In this document: positions 9,182 to 19,741 of the stretch, in pieces
How positions within the stretch are numbered: position 1 is the first letter of the stretch
How the letters are laid out: every line of letters starts with the position of its first letter
The notes under the pieces: generated by a model
Databases searched by the model: none
The model's input: only the letters and a program-made list of their open reading frames with translations
What the model was told of the DNA's origin: nothing
NCBI GenBank assembly: GCA_965209085.1
Contig: OZ242376.1
Location: 288,001-352,000, forward strand
DNA length: 64,000 nt
Reading direction: 5' to 3'
From: Nitrosopumilaceae archaeon
Lineage (GTDB): Archaea > Thermoproteota > Nitrososphaeria > Nitrososphaerales > Nitrosopumilaceae
Program-made: the position numbers and the translations under genes

Positions 9182-9736
9182 ATGACAATTAAAAATCTTT
9201 GGTCATTAACTGTAGGAGAAGCTATAGTGGCAGAGAAGATTGGTGATAACAAAATGTTGAAGAATCATCAAGTATTTTTTCCAACAAATTCACAACTTAA
9301 AGACATTGATCTTATCTTATACAATTTACAAACTCAAAAAATAAAATCCATTCAAGTAAAAGAATCTAGAACATATAATCCACAACCTCGAGAAATAAAA
9401 AAACACGGTGTGGGTCATACTAGCTGGCTTCGTATTAAAAAAAATAAAATATGTAATCCAAAGAACAAAATTGATTTTTTTATTTTTGTGTTTTACCGTT
9501 TAGATTGTGACAAAAAATCTGCCACGTATGGGAAAATCACTCCAAAATGTCTTGTTGTACCGATAGGTAAATTCAGAGATCTAATAAAGGGGAAAACTCT
9601 TAAAGCTAAGGATATGTATGACTTTGTTTTTTTCATCAGCTTGGATGGCAAACAAATAGGCGATATTGATCATAATAATCAAGACTTGGTAGATTATACA
9701 AAATTTATGGATAAATTTGAATTGTTGAAATTTTGA
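9182..9736 (+). CDS. PD-(D/E)xK-superfamily nuclease
   Basis: GEAIV...DIDLI...IQVK motif followed by DFFIFV; AT-rich. Confidence 0.75.
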   Translation: MTIKNLWSLTVGEAIVAEKIGDNKMLKNHQVFFPTNSQLKDIDLILYNLQTQKIKSIQVKESRTYNPQPREIKKHGVGHTSWLRIKKNKICNPKNKIDFFIFVFYRLDCDKKSATYGKITPKCLVVPIGKFRDLIKGKTLKAKDMYDFVFFISLDGKQIGDIDHNNQDLVDYTKFMDKFELLKF

Positions 9737-9879
9737 GCACAAGAGTCAGCAAGCAATCCTAGATATGTTGACATTTTGGCTCAATTCATGGTAGATCGCA
9801 TTTTAAACCTCGATAATTGAACAGAAATACCTCGCACAAATAATTATATTCTGTGGCAAAAAAGTACAGATTGCCCATT

Positions 9880-11424
9880 ATGCATGCTAAAAAGATAGAC
9901 GATCACTCTGAAAAAGTCCGAAAAGCCCTGCAGGGTGGCGGACAGGATAGAATAGACGCACAGCATGATAAAGGCAAACTTACCGCACGCGAACGCATCA
10001 GCATACTAGTCGATGAGGGCTCTTTTGTGGAAATTGACTCAATGGCAACGCACCACTATCACGAGTTTGACATGCAAAAAAAGATCTATCCTGGAGATGG
10101 CGTGGTGGGAGGATATGCAAAAATTGCCGGAAGACAAGTTTACGTTTATGCATACGACTTTACCGTTCTTGGCGGAACCCTCAGCCACATGGGAGCTAAA
10201 AAAATTACAAAACTTATGGATCATGCATTAAAGAACGGATGTCCAATCATAGGAATAATGGATTCGGGCGGAGCCCGCATACAGGAGGGAATAATGAGTC
10301 TTGATGGCTTTGCGGATATTTTTTACCACAACCAGGCATCCTCTGGCGTAATACCTCAAATAACTGCAAGCGTCGGCCCGTCCGCGGGAGGTTCTGTATA
10401 TTCTCCGGCAATGACTGACTTTGTAATCATGGTTGAAAAATCCTCAACAATGTTTGTTACCGGTCCGGACGTGGTAAAGACGGTACTTGGCGAGGAGATT
10501 ACAGCAGAAAAGCTTGGAGGCGCAGCGGCGCACGGCAAAAGCGGTGTTGCACACTTTGTGGTAAAAAATGAATACGAATGCATGGATCACATACGCGAAC
10601 TAGTCTCGTTTCTGCCGCAAAACAACACGGAAAATCCGCCAACATTGCACTCCTCTGATAATCCGGACCGCACAGACAACAATCTTGTAGCAATCATTCC
10701 GGAAAATGAAAAAGAACCCTACGATATGTCTGAAATCATAAAATCAATCATTGATGATGGCCATTTCCTAGAAGTTCACAAACTCTTTGCTGAAAACATT
10801 ATTGTGGGATTTGCCCGCTTTAACGGCAGACCGGTGGGAATTGTTGCAAACCAGCCGATGCACCTTGCAGGTGCCCTTGATATCAGCTCATCAAACAAGG
10901 CTGCCAGATTCATACGGTTTTGTGATGCATTCAATTTGCCAATAGTTACCCTCGTGGATACTCCAGGATACATGCCCGGATACAACCAGGAGAGTAACGG
11001 AATAATCAGGCACGGTAGCAAACTGCTCTTTGCATATTGTGAGGCAACGGTGCCAAAGATCACGCTTGTAGTGGGCAAGGCGTACGGTGGGGCGTACATT
11101 GCAATGGGCAGCAAGAATCTGAGAACTGACATAAACTATGCATGGCCCACTGCCAGATGCGCCGTTTTGGGGGCAGAGGCGGCAGTTAAAATCGTAAACC
11201 GCAAGGATTTGAAAAATTCCAAAGATCCCGAATCCCTAAGAAAAGAGCTCGAGGCTGACTTTGGCAAAAAGTTTGACAATCCGTACGTTGCAGCCTCGCA
11301 TGGAACAGTTGATGAGGTAATAAATCCGGCCCAGACCCGTCCGATGATAGTAAAGGCGCTTGAAATGCTTGCAAACAAGAGGGAGCCTACTCCGTCCCGC
11401 AAACATGGAAACATAAATCTGTGA
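9880..11424 (+). CDS. pccB: Acetyl-CoA/propionyl-CoA carboxylase, carboxyltransferase subunit
   Basis: GKLTARERI, DSGGARIQEG, DTPG and RKHGNI motifs. Confidence 0.97.
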   Translation: MHAKKIDDHSEKVRKALQGGGQDRIDAQHDKGKLTARERISILVDEGSFVEIDSMATHHYHEFDMQKKIYPGDGVVGGYAKIAGRQVYVYAYDFTVLGGTLSHMGAKKITKLMDHALKNGCPIIGIMDSGGARIQEGIMSLDGFADIFYHNQASSGVIPQITASVGPSAGGSVYSPAMTDFVIMVEKSSTMFVTGPDVVKTVLGEEITAEKLGGAAAHGKSGVAHFVVKNEYECMDHIRELVSFLPQNNTENPPTLHSSDNPDRTDNNLVAIIPENEKEPYDMSEIIKSIIDDGHFLEVHKLFAENIIVGFARFNGRPVGIVANQPMHLAGALDISSSNKAARFIRFCDAFNLPIVTLVDTPGYMPGYNQESNGIIRHGSKLLFAYCEATVPKITLVVGKAYGGAYIAMGSKNLRTDINYAWPTARCAVLGAEAAVKIVNRKDLKNSKDPESLRKELEADFGKKFDNPYVAASHGTVDEVINPAQTRPMIVKALEMLANKREPTPSRKHGNINL

Positions 11425-11427
11425 TGT

Positions 11428-12918
11428 ATGATGATTGACAAAGTACTGGTAGCAAACCGCGGGGAAATTGCACTCAGGGTAATCCATACGTGCAAGGCAC
11501 TTGGTATACAAACCGTCGCCGTATACTCGGATGAGGATAAAAATTCACTTCACGTAAAGAATGCAACCGAATCATACCATATAGGGGAGGGTGTCCCATC
11601 CAAAAGCTATCTGAATCAGGAAAAGATACTAGAGGTTGCCATAAAATCCGGCGCTGATTCACTGCATCCAGGATACGGATTTTTATCCGAAAATGCCGCA
11701 TTTGCAAAATTGTGCGAGGATGAGAAAATAAAATTCATAGGTCCTCCGTCAAAATCAATCGAGCTCTGCGGTGATAAGATGCGCTGCAAGGCAGTAATGC
11801 GCAATGCTGCAGTTCCAACCGTTCCGGGAAGTCCGGATTTGGTAAAAAACGCCGACGAGGCGTTAAAAATCGCAAACGAGATAGGATATCCGATTCTCCT
11901 AAAATCCGTCTACGGCGGAGGAGGGCGCGGAATACGTCTGGTCGCAGGAGATGCTGAACTGCGTGAAAATTACGAGGCTGCAACCGGAGAATCCATGGCA
12001 GCCTTTGGAAAATCCGCAATTTTGGTTGAAAAATATCTTGAAAAAATCCGCCACATTGAATACCAGCTTGCCTGTGATTCGCACGGAAATGCCGTGCACA
12101 TATTTGAGCGCGAATGCTCCATACAAAGGCGCAATCAGAAACTAATCGAGATGACCCCCTCGCCGGTCATGGATGAGCAGACGCGTCAAAAAGTGGGGGC
12201 GCTTGCAGTCAAAGCTGCAGAGGCTGTGGGATATGAAAACCTTGGAACTGCTGAATTTTTGCGTGCCGATGATGGAACGTTTTACTTTATAGAGATAAAC
12301 GCAAGGCTGCAGGTGGAGCATCCGATAACTGAGCTTGTATCCGGACTGGATCTTGTAAAACTGCAGCTGGACATTGCAAACGGCGAGAAACTGCCGTTCA
12401 AACAGGATGATCTAAAGATGAACGGGCATGCAATAGAATGCCGAATAAACGCCGAAGACACGTTTGCAGACTTTGCCCCATCTACCGGTCCGGTACCAGA
12501 GGTTACAATTCCCGCCGGTCCCGGAGTGCGGTGTGATACATACCTGTATTCAGGATGTACGGTATCTTCTTTTTATGATTCGCTCATGGCAAAGCTTTGC
12601 ACGTGGGGGCAGACGTTTGATGAGACGCGGCTGCGCATGATTGCAGCCCTTGGCGATTTTTACATAGAGGGGGTTGAAACATCAATACCCCTGTACAAGA
12701 CAATTCTTAAAACGCCGGAATTTTGCAACGGCGATCTCTCTACTGACTTTTTAAAAAGATATGAAATTTTAAAACGCCTGGAAATGGACATCTCTACTGA
12801 CAGATTGGATAAAACTGACGCAGCTTTGGCAGCAGCTGCAATGCATCCGGAATTTCTCAAAGGTGCAACAAAACCATCAGCGAGACCGGGGTTTGCCATG
12901 TGGAAGGCAGGATTGTAA
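11428..12918 (+). CDS. accC: Biotin carboxylase subunit
   Basis: ANRGEIA, HPGYGFLSEN, GGGGRG and RLQVEH motifs. Confidence 0.97.
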   Translation: MMIDKVLVANRGEIALRVIHTCKALGIQTVAVYSDEDKNSLHVKNATESYHIGEGVPSKSYLNQEKILEVAIKSGADSLHPGYGFLSENAAFAKLCEDEKIKFIGPPSKSIELCGDKMRCKAVMRNAAVPTVPGSPDLVKNADEALKIANEIGYPILLKSVYGGGGRGIRLVAGDAELRENYEAATGESMAAFGKSAILVEKYLEKIRHIEYQLACDSHGNAVHIFERECSIQRRNQKLIEMTPSPVMDEQTRQKVGALAVKAAEAVGYENLGTAEFLRADDGTFYFIEINARLQVEHPITELVSGLDLVKLQLDIANGEKLPFKQDDLKMNGHAIECRINAEDTFADFAPSTGPVPEVTIPAGPGVRCDTYLYSGCTVSSFYDSLMAKLCTWGQTFDETRLRMIAALGDFYIEGVETSIPLYKTILKTPEFCNGDLSTDFLKRYEILKRLEMDISTDRLDKTDAALAAAAMHPEFLKGATKPSARPGFAMWKAGL

Positions 12919-13430
12919 TGGAATACCGCATAAAAGACGTGGAAAAATCCTTCAACTGTACGGTTCTAGGCCGTAACCTGGAGGGTAATTTTGAGATTGA
13001 CATGGATGGCAAAAAACGCGTTTTACAGGTGCTCTCTGTAACACCTGGCCGGATGGAGTTTATACTGGACGGGAAATATCATAATGTAAAATATCTACAG
13101 GCGTCCACTTCGGCAATGAACATGGTCGTGGACGGCATTGCCGTCTCACTTGACATGCACTCTATACTTGATAAAATTGTATACAAAAACTCTGGCGGTA
13201 CAAGCAAGGCAGCTTCGAGCTCTTCACTGCTAAGCAAGATACCAGGTAAGGTTGTCTCTGTTGCAGTAAAAGAAGGAGATGAGGTCAAAACCGGGGATAC
13301 TATATGCACGCTTGAATCCATGAAAATGCAGGTGGGAGTAAAGGCGCATCATGATGGAAAGGTAACATCGCTAAAGGTGGATTCTGGAAAAAGCGTTGCC
13401 AAAGGCGATGTTATCGCAGAAATTGAATAA
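12918..13430 (+). CDS. accB: Biotin carboxyl carrier protein
   Basis: ESMKM biotinylation motif; TAATG overlap with accC. Confidence 0.95.
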   Translation: MEYRIKDVEKSFNCTVLGRNLEGNFEIDMDGKKRVLQVLSVTPGRMEFILDGKYHNVKYLQASTSAMNMVVDGIAVSLDMHSILDKIVYKNSGGTSKAASSSSLLSKIPGKVVSVAVKEGDEVKTGDTICTLESMKMQVGVKAHHDGKVTSLKVDSGKSVAKGDVIAEIE

Positions 13431-13558
13431 ATGTGCGATTTTAATTCAAACTCTCTGATATTGGTTATAATCTGTTGTGCGTATTTGTAAAAAATATCTC
13501 TGCAAGTAAATCCATTATAATAAACACCGGTTAAAACTCAAACCGTATTGACAATAAT

Positions 13559-14101
13559 TTATTTTTGTTTATTTCTACAGTTTTTGCACCATGAATGCGA
13601 CCTAGATATCCCGGCCACAGTGCGATAACCAAATATATTTTCGATCTCTTGTTTTGACTCAGCATTAGTATTGCAATTGGGGCATGTTGCATACTCTATT
13701 AGAGAAATTTCTTTTTTGTCATCTTTGATTATGCCAATTAATTTATCGATCGTTCTAAAAATAAGTTTTGCATGTTCTGATATTGTATCTGAATCCAGAT
13801 TTGCCTCATAAAAATTTCTGTGCAACAAACTTGCATTTGATAATGAATTAAAAATCATCGCATCATGTTGTCGTTTTGCTAACTCTTTTGCATAACTCAT
13901 TAATATTGCATGACTTTTAATTGATTTATTTTCTTTTGCGGCAACAGCTTTTATTGTACATGACATTGCTCCCCATATCATTTCACTAGCCTTTTGATAA
14001 TCTTTTTTTTCCAAATATTTTTTTGCATTATTACCGTAATGTAATACTAGGTCTGTAAATTTATCGACATCAATTTCACCATCATAAAACTTTACTGACA
14101 T
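13559..14101 (-). CDS. PaREP1 (HEPN-like) domain protein with C-terminal zinc finger
   Basis: DYQKASEMIWGA...IKAVA...SH...LHRNFYE (PaREP1); CPNC...FGYR...SWCKNCR. Confidence 0.82.
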   Translation of the reverse strand: MSVKFYDGEIDVDKFTDLVLHYGNNAKKYLEKKDYQKASEMIWGAMSCTIKAVAAKENKSIKSHAILMSYAKELAKRQHDAMIFNSLSNASLLHRNFYEANLDSDTISEHAKLIFRTIDKLIGIIKDDKKEISLIEYATCPNCNTNAESKQEIENIFGYRTVAGISRSHSWCKNCRNKQK

Positions 14102-14318
14102 GCATATACCCTAAAATTTTTCCAGAATTTGAATGTACTTTTACTTCGACATAGTCATCACCAAGAAATCCAACATCAATTATAATTGACCATGTATCAT
14201 TTTCTATATTTGCAGATTTCAGCATAATTGTATTATGATACTCGTATAGAAATTTTTCAGCTATTTCAATTGCTCTTCTTGCATCGATCTCTGGGTCCAT
14301 ACTTGATATATTCATCAA
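14082..14318 (-). CDS. Small acidic PepSY-like protein
   Basis: IDARRAIEIA...W...VKVHSNSGKIL pattern; overlaps the downstream PaREP1 gene by 20 nt. Confidence 0.65.
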   Translation of the reverse strand: MMNISSMDPEIDARRAIEIAEKFLYEYHNTIMLKSANIENDTWSIIIDVGFLGDDYVEVKVHSNSGKILGYMHVSKVL

Positions 14319-14756
14319 TATTATTTATTTATTTATTTTTGATATAGGCACGAATTTACCTGTTAATTAAATCAACAGTGCATAATAGCATCAATTAGGA
14401 AATTCATACAAAATCCTGATTGTACAAAATTTAATTGAAATTTTTTAAATTAATTTGAAATGTCTGCCGATCATACATTGCACAAATAAAACTGTCAAAC
14501 CCATCTTTGATAATTTTGACAACTGTGAACGGCCAAAAAAATTAATCATAAATAATATATTGGATGCAGGAACACACACTAAAATATTCGGTGGTAAAAA
14601 ACGCCCAACCATCATGCATCAAACATTTTTAATTCTTGTAACAATTTAAAATAAATTCATCCAAAAATACACAAATCAAAATTTTGATTCCATGTTTGTA
14701 ATAAAATTCACAATTATAAAATAACGTACAAATTAATCCGTAAATGTAAAATAAAA

Positions 14757-15242
14757 TCAAACTTTGTTTGCTAGTAAAAATTCCCGAATTTCAGCATAAT
14801 TTGGCTCTTTTAGCGGATCTTCAGATACCCACTTGTATCCTATTTTGCCATCCTTTGTTATGATGAATATGGAGCGTTTTGCCGCATTGTACCCTTTAAT
14901 ATGTAACAGATCCGGCATTAAAATGTCGTAATTTTTTATCGTACCGCTTGTATAGTCGCCAAGAATCGGAAACGTCAGATTGTTTTTCTCTGCAAACGCC
15001 TTGTTCGCAAACGGTCCATCATTACTAATGGCCAAAACCTGCGCGCCAAGACTTTGCAGCTCATCATGGGAATCTCGAAAAGAACACAATTCAGTCTCGC
15101 ATACAGGAGAGCTGGCCGCTACAAAAAACGCCAATACGACGTTTTTACCGGCAAACTCTTCCAATTTGCGCATCTTTAATTCAGTATCAACAAGCTCAAA
15201 ATCCGGAGCCTTGTCCCCTATGTTGACCATGACGGTTGTCAT
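14757..15242 (-). CDS. Peroxiredoxin (AhpC/TSA, BCP-like)
   Basis: GDKAPDFEL, SPVCETELC and KRSIF motifs. Confidence 0.92.
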   Translation of the reverse strand: MTTVMVNIGDKAPDFELVDTELKMRKLEEFAGKNVVLAFFVAASSPVCETELCSFRDSHDELQSLGAQVLAISNDGPFANKAFAEKNNLTFPILGDYTSGTIKNYDILMPDLLHIKGYNAAKRSIFIITKDGKIGYKWVSEDPLKEPNYAEIREFLLANKV

Positions 15243-15356
15243 TTCCAGAGTAATATTAAGACATAGAATATAAAAAAATGCGGCAAATCTTCAGACCGAT
15301 TTGATCGCAAAAAATGGGTATAGGTTTTTATACATAACGGCGGGATTTTAGCTGAA

Positions 15357-15731
15357 TTGGTAGGCGAAATTGCCGGCAGCTATAGCACAGTGATCCTAAT
15401 GTTTGGTTTTGCAGTTGTAGCCACAGCTCCTGCATTGCTGATTTCAAGAATGATCGCGCCAAGAACCGGCAACAATCCTGTAAAATTTCTCCCAATGGAG
15501 TGCGGTCAGGTTCCATCTGGTGCCGGTCGGACGCATTTTATGATGCAATACTATGCGTATATACTCATGTTTGTAATATTCGACGTTATGGCAATATTCC
15601 TGTATGCGTGGGGCGGCGCGGTTTTAGACCTTCCAAAATCCGCAACGCTTCCAATTTTGGCTTTTCTTGCAATAATGTTTGCGGCAATGTCGTTTGCATT
15701 GTACCAGTCAAAGAGGAGAAACATCTGGTGA
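15357..15731 (+). CDS. nuoA: NADH-quinone oxidoreductase subunit A
   Basis: ECG and FVIFDV motifs; three TM helices. Confidence 0.95.
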   Translation: MVGEIAGSYSTVILMFGFAVVATAPALLISRMIAPRTGNNPVKFLPMECGQVPSGAGRTHFMMQYYAYILMFVIFDVMAIFLYAWGGAVLDLPKSATLPILAFLAIMFAAMSFALYQSKRRNIW

Positions 15732-15735
15732 CCCA

Positions 15736-16260
15736 ATGTTAAAAGAACTCATAACTCCGCATGCAACAAATGTTTTTATCGGCAAGCTTGGAGACATTTT
15801 GGAAAAAGCGATAGACAAACCGCTTGGATACGCGCTAAAATGGGGAAGGCTGTGGTCTTTGTGGCCGGTGCACATTGAGACGGCGTGTTGCAGTGTGGAA
15901 TTTGGCGCAGCTTCAGGACCAAAGTATGATGTTGAAAGATTTGGAATCATAGAGGCGTTTGGTTCACTGCGGCAGTGCGACTTGGTAGTTGTACAGGGTA
16001 CGATAACAAGAAAGATGGCACCAAGACTGCGGCTTGTATACGATCAAATGCCGGAACCAAAATACGTCATAGCAATGGGAGCATGCGCCATTACCGGCGG
16101 ACTATATTTTGATTCATACAACGTGCTGCCGGGAATAGACGGCGTACTGCCTGTTGACGTGTACGTTCCAGGATGTCCGCCAAGACCGGAAACTTTGATA
16201 CAGGGATGCATGCTGTTGCAGGAAAAAATAAAACGCATGAATGCAAGGAACAGGGTATAA
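15736..16260 (+). CDS. nuoB: NADH-quinone oxidoreductase subunit B
   Basis: ACCSVE, MGACA and PGCPPRPE motifs. Confidence 0.97.
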   Translation: MLKELITPHATNVFIGKLGDILEKAIDKPLGYALKWGRLWSLWPVHIETACCSVEFGAASGPKYDVERFGIIEAFGSLRQCDLVVVQGTITRKMAPRLRLVYDQMPEPKYVIAMGACAITGGLYFDSYNVLPGIDGVLPVDVYVPGCPPRPETLIQGCMLLQEKIKRMNARNRV

Positions 16261-16262
16261 AA

Positions 16263-16805
16263 TTGAGCCAACTGGTACCAGAAAAAAAAGAGGAAACACC
16301 GGCGTCTGTTGTGCCAAAATTTGAAAAAGACATTGCCGATTCTGTAAAAAAACAGTTCCCCTCCTACGTAGAGGTGATCTCCGTGCAGCCAAAGAGGGTG
16401 AAATTGATCACAAAAAAAGAAAATATCGTAGAGGTTGCCCAGTTTATACGCGATGAGCTAAAATTTGATCATGCCGAATCCGTGACTGGAATCGACTATC
16501 CTGAGGAAAACCAGATAGAACTAATCTATCATCTTGGTTCGTATACGGATGAGACGCTTGCATCGCAGGTTTTAGCACTCTCCACAAAGGTTCCGCGCGA
16601 AAAGATTCCAAATCCTGGGAATGATTCTACAAGAATACACAGCCTCCGGGAGGTCTTTTACAGCGTGGAATTTCACGAGCGCGAATGCTTTGAAATGCTC
16701 GGCATATACTTTGAAGGCCATCCTGACAACAGAAGACTGCTTTTACCTGAAGACTGGGCCGATCTGCCACCGCTTAGACGTGACTTTAAGCTAAAGGGGC
16801 GGTAA
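16263..16805 (+). CDS. nuoC: NADH-quinone oxidoreductase subunit C
   Basis: ERECFEMLGIYFEGHP...PLRRDF; TTG start inferred. Confidence 0.95.
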   Translation: MSQLVPEKKEETPASVVPKFEKDIADSVKKQFPSYVEVISVQPKRVKLITKKENIVEVAQFIRDELKFDHAESVTGIDYPEENQIELIYHLGSYTDETLASQVLALSTKVPREKIPNPGNDSTRIHSLREVFYSVEFHERECFEMLGIYFEGHPDNRRLLLPEDWADLPPLRRDFKLKGR

Positions 16806-17944
16806 TGCAGATGAGCAAACAACTGCCATCTGGTATGACATTAGATACAGTAGATGAGAACATTATGACGCTAAACGTCGGCCCGCAGCATCCGGGCTCC
16901 GGACACATGAGGCTTATCGTAAAGATAGACGGCGACTATATCGTCAGCTGTGATCCCGATCCAGGATACGTGCACCGCGGCGAGGAAAAAATGGCCGAAC
17001 ACCGCAACTATATTACAAACATACCCCACCTGGAGAGGCCGGTAATTCATGATTCATGCAACGTGCTGTATCCGTACTGTCTTGCATCAGAAGATCTTCT
17101 CGGAGTCGAGGTTCCAGAGCGCGCAAAATACGTGCGCGTTATTGCATCAGAGCTGAACCGCTGTGTATACACCACATACTGGCTTGCAATTTACGGAATA
17201 TTCCTTGGACACTCGACAATGTTCATGTGGCCTACGGGCGATCGCGAACTGTTAATCGACTTGCTTGAAAAACTCACCGGCGCGCGCGTAACGCACGCAT
17301 ACTTTGTACCCGGCGGAGTAAGAAACGACTTGCCACCGGGATTTGAGGATGTATGTCTGCGGCAGGTAGATTATTTTGAAAAACGCATCAAAGAGTATGC
17401 TGCCATATTTTACGACAATCCAATCCTCATAGCAAGAACGGAAAAAACGGGAATACTCTCAAGGGAGGATGCAATACGCCTTGGAACTACCGGTTCGGTT
17501 CTGCGCGCAAGCGGCGTTGACTATGATCTGCGCAAAAAAGAACCCTACGACGTATACGATGAGCTTGACTTTGAGACGCAATATCTAAAGGACGGCGACT
17601 CTTACGCGCGCTCCAAAGTTCCCTGGCTTGACATGCTTGAGAGCTGCCGGATAATCCGCGATGCGCTAGAAAAAATGCCAAAGTCCGGCTCTGTACGCAC
17701 AAAACTAAAACCAAATCCCAAAGGAATCATAGGTGACTCATACCGCAGGGTTGAATCCGGACGCGGCTCGCTTGGATGCCATCTAGTATCTGATGGCAAG
17801 ATAGAACCCTATAGGGTAAAGCTCAGCGTGGGATCTTTTAGAAATCTCATATGCATTCCATACCTGCTAAAGGGTGAAAAACTGGGAAACATGCCGGCAG
17901 TATACTGGAGCTTGAATTACTGGCCCGTGGAGGCAGACCGGTAA
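16805..17944 (+). CDS. nuoD: NADH-quinone oxidoreductase subunit D
   Basis: NVGPQHP, GYVHRGEEK and terminal EADR. Confidence 0.97.
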   Translation: MQMSKQLPSGMTLDTVDENIMTLNVGPQHPGSGHMRLIVKIDGDYIVSCDPDPGYVHRGEEKMAEHRNYITNIPHLERPVIHDSCNVLYPYCLASEDLLGVEVPERAKYVRVIASELNRCVYTTYWLAIYGIFLGHSTMFMWPTGDRELLIDLLEKLTGARVTHAYFVPGGVRNDLPPGFEDVCLRQVDYFEKRIKEYAAIFYDNPILIARTEKTGILSREDAIRLGTTGSVLRASGVDYDLRKKEPYDVYDELDFETQYLKDGDSYARSKVPWLDMLESCRIIRDALEKMPKSGSVRTKLKPNPKGIIGDSYRRVESGRGSLGCHLVSDGKIEPYRVKLSVGSFRNLICIPYLLKGEKLGNMPAVYWSLNYWPVEADR

Positions 17945-19242
17945 TGTCCACAATCGCGCCAAAGTTCCGCCTGGGATATTTCATAAAGTCAATAACTGAC
18001 AATGCATTTTGGGTGCTCGTACTTGCCACGCTTGCCGGAATACCAATAATGCAGATTGCACTCTTTTACATAGACCTGCCGGTGGTGGACGGAAACCTGG
18101 TAAACCCGTTTCTTGCACTCACGCTTTTGGCACATCCGGAGTTTTCACTGCCGTTAATCAAATCCCTGCTGTACACTGACCTTTTCAGGGTGATTGCGTT
18201 TCCAGGCTTTGGATTTGCAGCATTGGTAGCAGCTGGAACAATATTTGTCGAGCGCAAAATGCTTGCAAAACTCCAGCTTCGTGTTGGACCATTTTACTGC
18301 GGTAAAGTGGAGGGAATTTTACAGCTAATGGCTGACGGTCTAAAGCTTGTCTCAAAAGAGATAATTATTCCGGCAAAGGCGGACAAACCGATATTTGTAG
18401 CAGCTCCGCTTCTTTTCATAGGAGCTGCAGCTGCATTTGTAGCGTTCATACCTGTAGCTCCTGGCTGGGTGGTAGCGGACGTTGACATGGGTTTGATTGC
18501 AATATTTGCAGTAATTGGATTTTTCCCGATAATCACAGTACTCTCTGCATGGTCCTCAAACAGCAAATATCCGTTCATCGGGGGAATTCGCGCGCTGTAC
18601 CAAATGGTCTCATTTGAGATTCCCCTGATACTCTCGTGTCTTGGCGTGGTAATCCTGACCGGCACGCTGAATCTCTCTGAAATCGTGGCGAGTCAGTCGT
18701 TTCTGCCGTGGATTATATTCATGCCCATAGGTGCTGTGGTCTTTTTCATATGCGCCTTGGCCGAGCTTGAACGCATCCCATTTGATCTGCCAGAAGCTGA
18801 GAGTGAGATTGTGGCCGGATGGCTTACGGAATTTTCCGGCATGATGTACGGACTAGTACAGCTTGGCTCTTACCTGAAACTTTATGCGTTTGCGGCTCTT
18901 TTTGTGGTTTTATTCCTTGGAGGATGGAATGGTCCGACATTCTGGCCCCCTCTTGATGCGCAGCTGATAAATGACGGAATAACAATGGGACCGATTAAAA
19001 CATCGCTGCCGGGCCTTCCGATATTCTCAATGGAGTTTTTCAGCGCCGTTGGATGGTTTGTACTAAAAACGATGGGAGTGATATTTTTCATCCTGTTACC
19101 AAGGGGCGTTTTTCCGCGCATCAGAATAGACATGCTGCTGCAGATAGGCTGGTACAAACTCATCGGAATGGCGTTTGTAAACATTTTTGTCGCACTCGCG
19201 CTCGTATATGCAGGCGTTTTAGGTCCTGGAGGTATAATCTAA
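17944..19242 (+). CDS. nuoH: NADH-quinone oxidoreductase subunit H
   Basis: ERK...RVGP, PFDLPEAESE and PRIRID motifs. Confidence 0.97.
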   Translation: MSTIAPKFRLGYFIKSITDNAFWVLVLATLAGIPIMQIALFYIDLPVVDGNLVNPFLALTLLAHPEFSLPLIKSLLYTDLFRVIAFPGFGFAALVAAGTIFVERKMLAKLQLRVGPFYCGKVEGILQLMADGLKLVSKEIIIPAKADKPIFVAAPLLFIGAAAAFVAFIPVAPGWVVADVDMGLIAIFAVIGFFPIITVLSAWSSNSKYPFIGGIRALYQMVSFEIPLILSCLGVVILTGTLNLSEIVASQSFLPWIIFMPIGAVVFFICALAELERIPFDLPEAESEIVAGWLTEFSGMMYGLVQLGSYLKLYAFAALFVVLFLGGWNGPTFWPPLDAQLINDGITMGPIKTSLPGLPIFSMEFFSAVGWFVLKTMGVIFFILLPRGVFPRIRIDMLLQIGWYKLIGMAFVNIFVALALVYAGVLGPGGII

Positions 19243-19243
19243 A

Positions 19244-19741
19244 ATGGGTACTGCAACTGGAATCATCAGGGCGCTAAACTCCGGGGTAAAACATTTGGCG
19301 GTAAAAAGATTCACCCTCAAATATCCCGAAGAGAAACTAAAGTTTGTAGGTGACGGATACCAGTATGATCCGAGCACCGGGGTGGGAGTGGCCGGATTAA
19401 AGGGCCGCCACATACTCTTTCATGACCACTGTACGGGCTGCCAGCTTTGTGCAATAGCGTGCGAGGGTGTGGCAGAGGCTATTGCAATGGTAAAGGTTCC
19501 CGAAGACTGGAAACATAACAAAAAAGCGATAATGCCGCAGATAGATTATGGCAAATGCGTATTTTGCGGACTGTGCGTTGATGCGTGCCCGTTTTACGCC
19601 CTATACATGACAAACGATTACGAGCTATCCTCGTTTACAAAAGAGGGGCTGATTTACACGCCATCACAACTGCAGGTAAAACCGCACGTGGCGCAGGATT
19701 CCGAAATTATCATAGACGAGAGGGGCGCCACCCATGGCTGA
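19244..19741 (+). CDS. nuoI: NADH-quinone oxidoreductase subunit I
   Basis: Two 4Fe-4S CxxCxxCxxxC motifs. Confidence 0.97.
   Translation: MGTATGIIRALNSGVKHLAVKRFTLKYPEEKLKFVGDGYQYDPSTGVGVAGLKGRHILFHDHCTGCQLCAIACEGVAEAIAMVKVPEDWKHNKKAIMPQIDYGKCVFCGLCVDACPFYALYMTNDYELSSFTKEGLIYTPSQLQVKPHVAQDSEIIIDERGATHG

Noticed and set aside
14757-15242. Peroxiredoxin PxxxTxxC motif altered to VAASSPVC
   Set aside because: The catalytic Ser, Cys and Arg are retained, so this is within plausible family variation.
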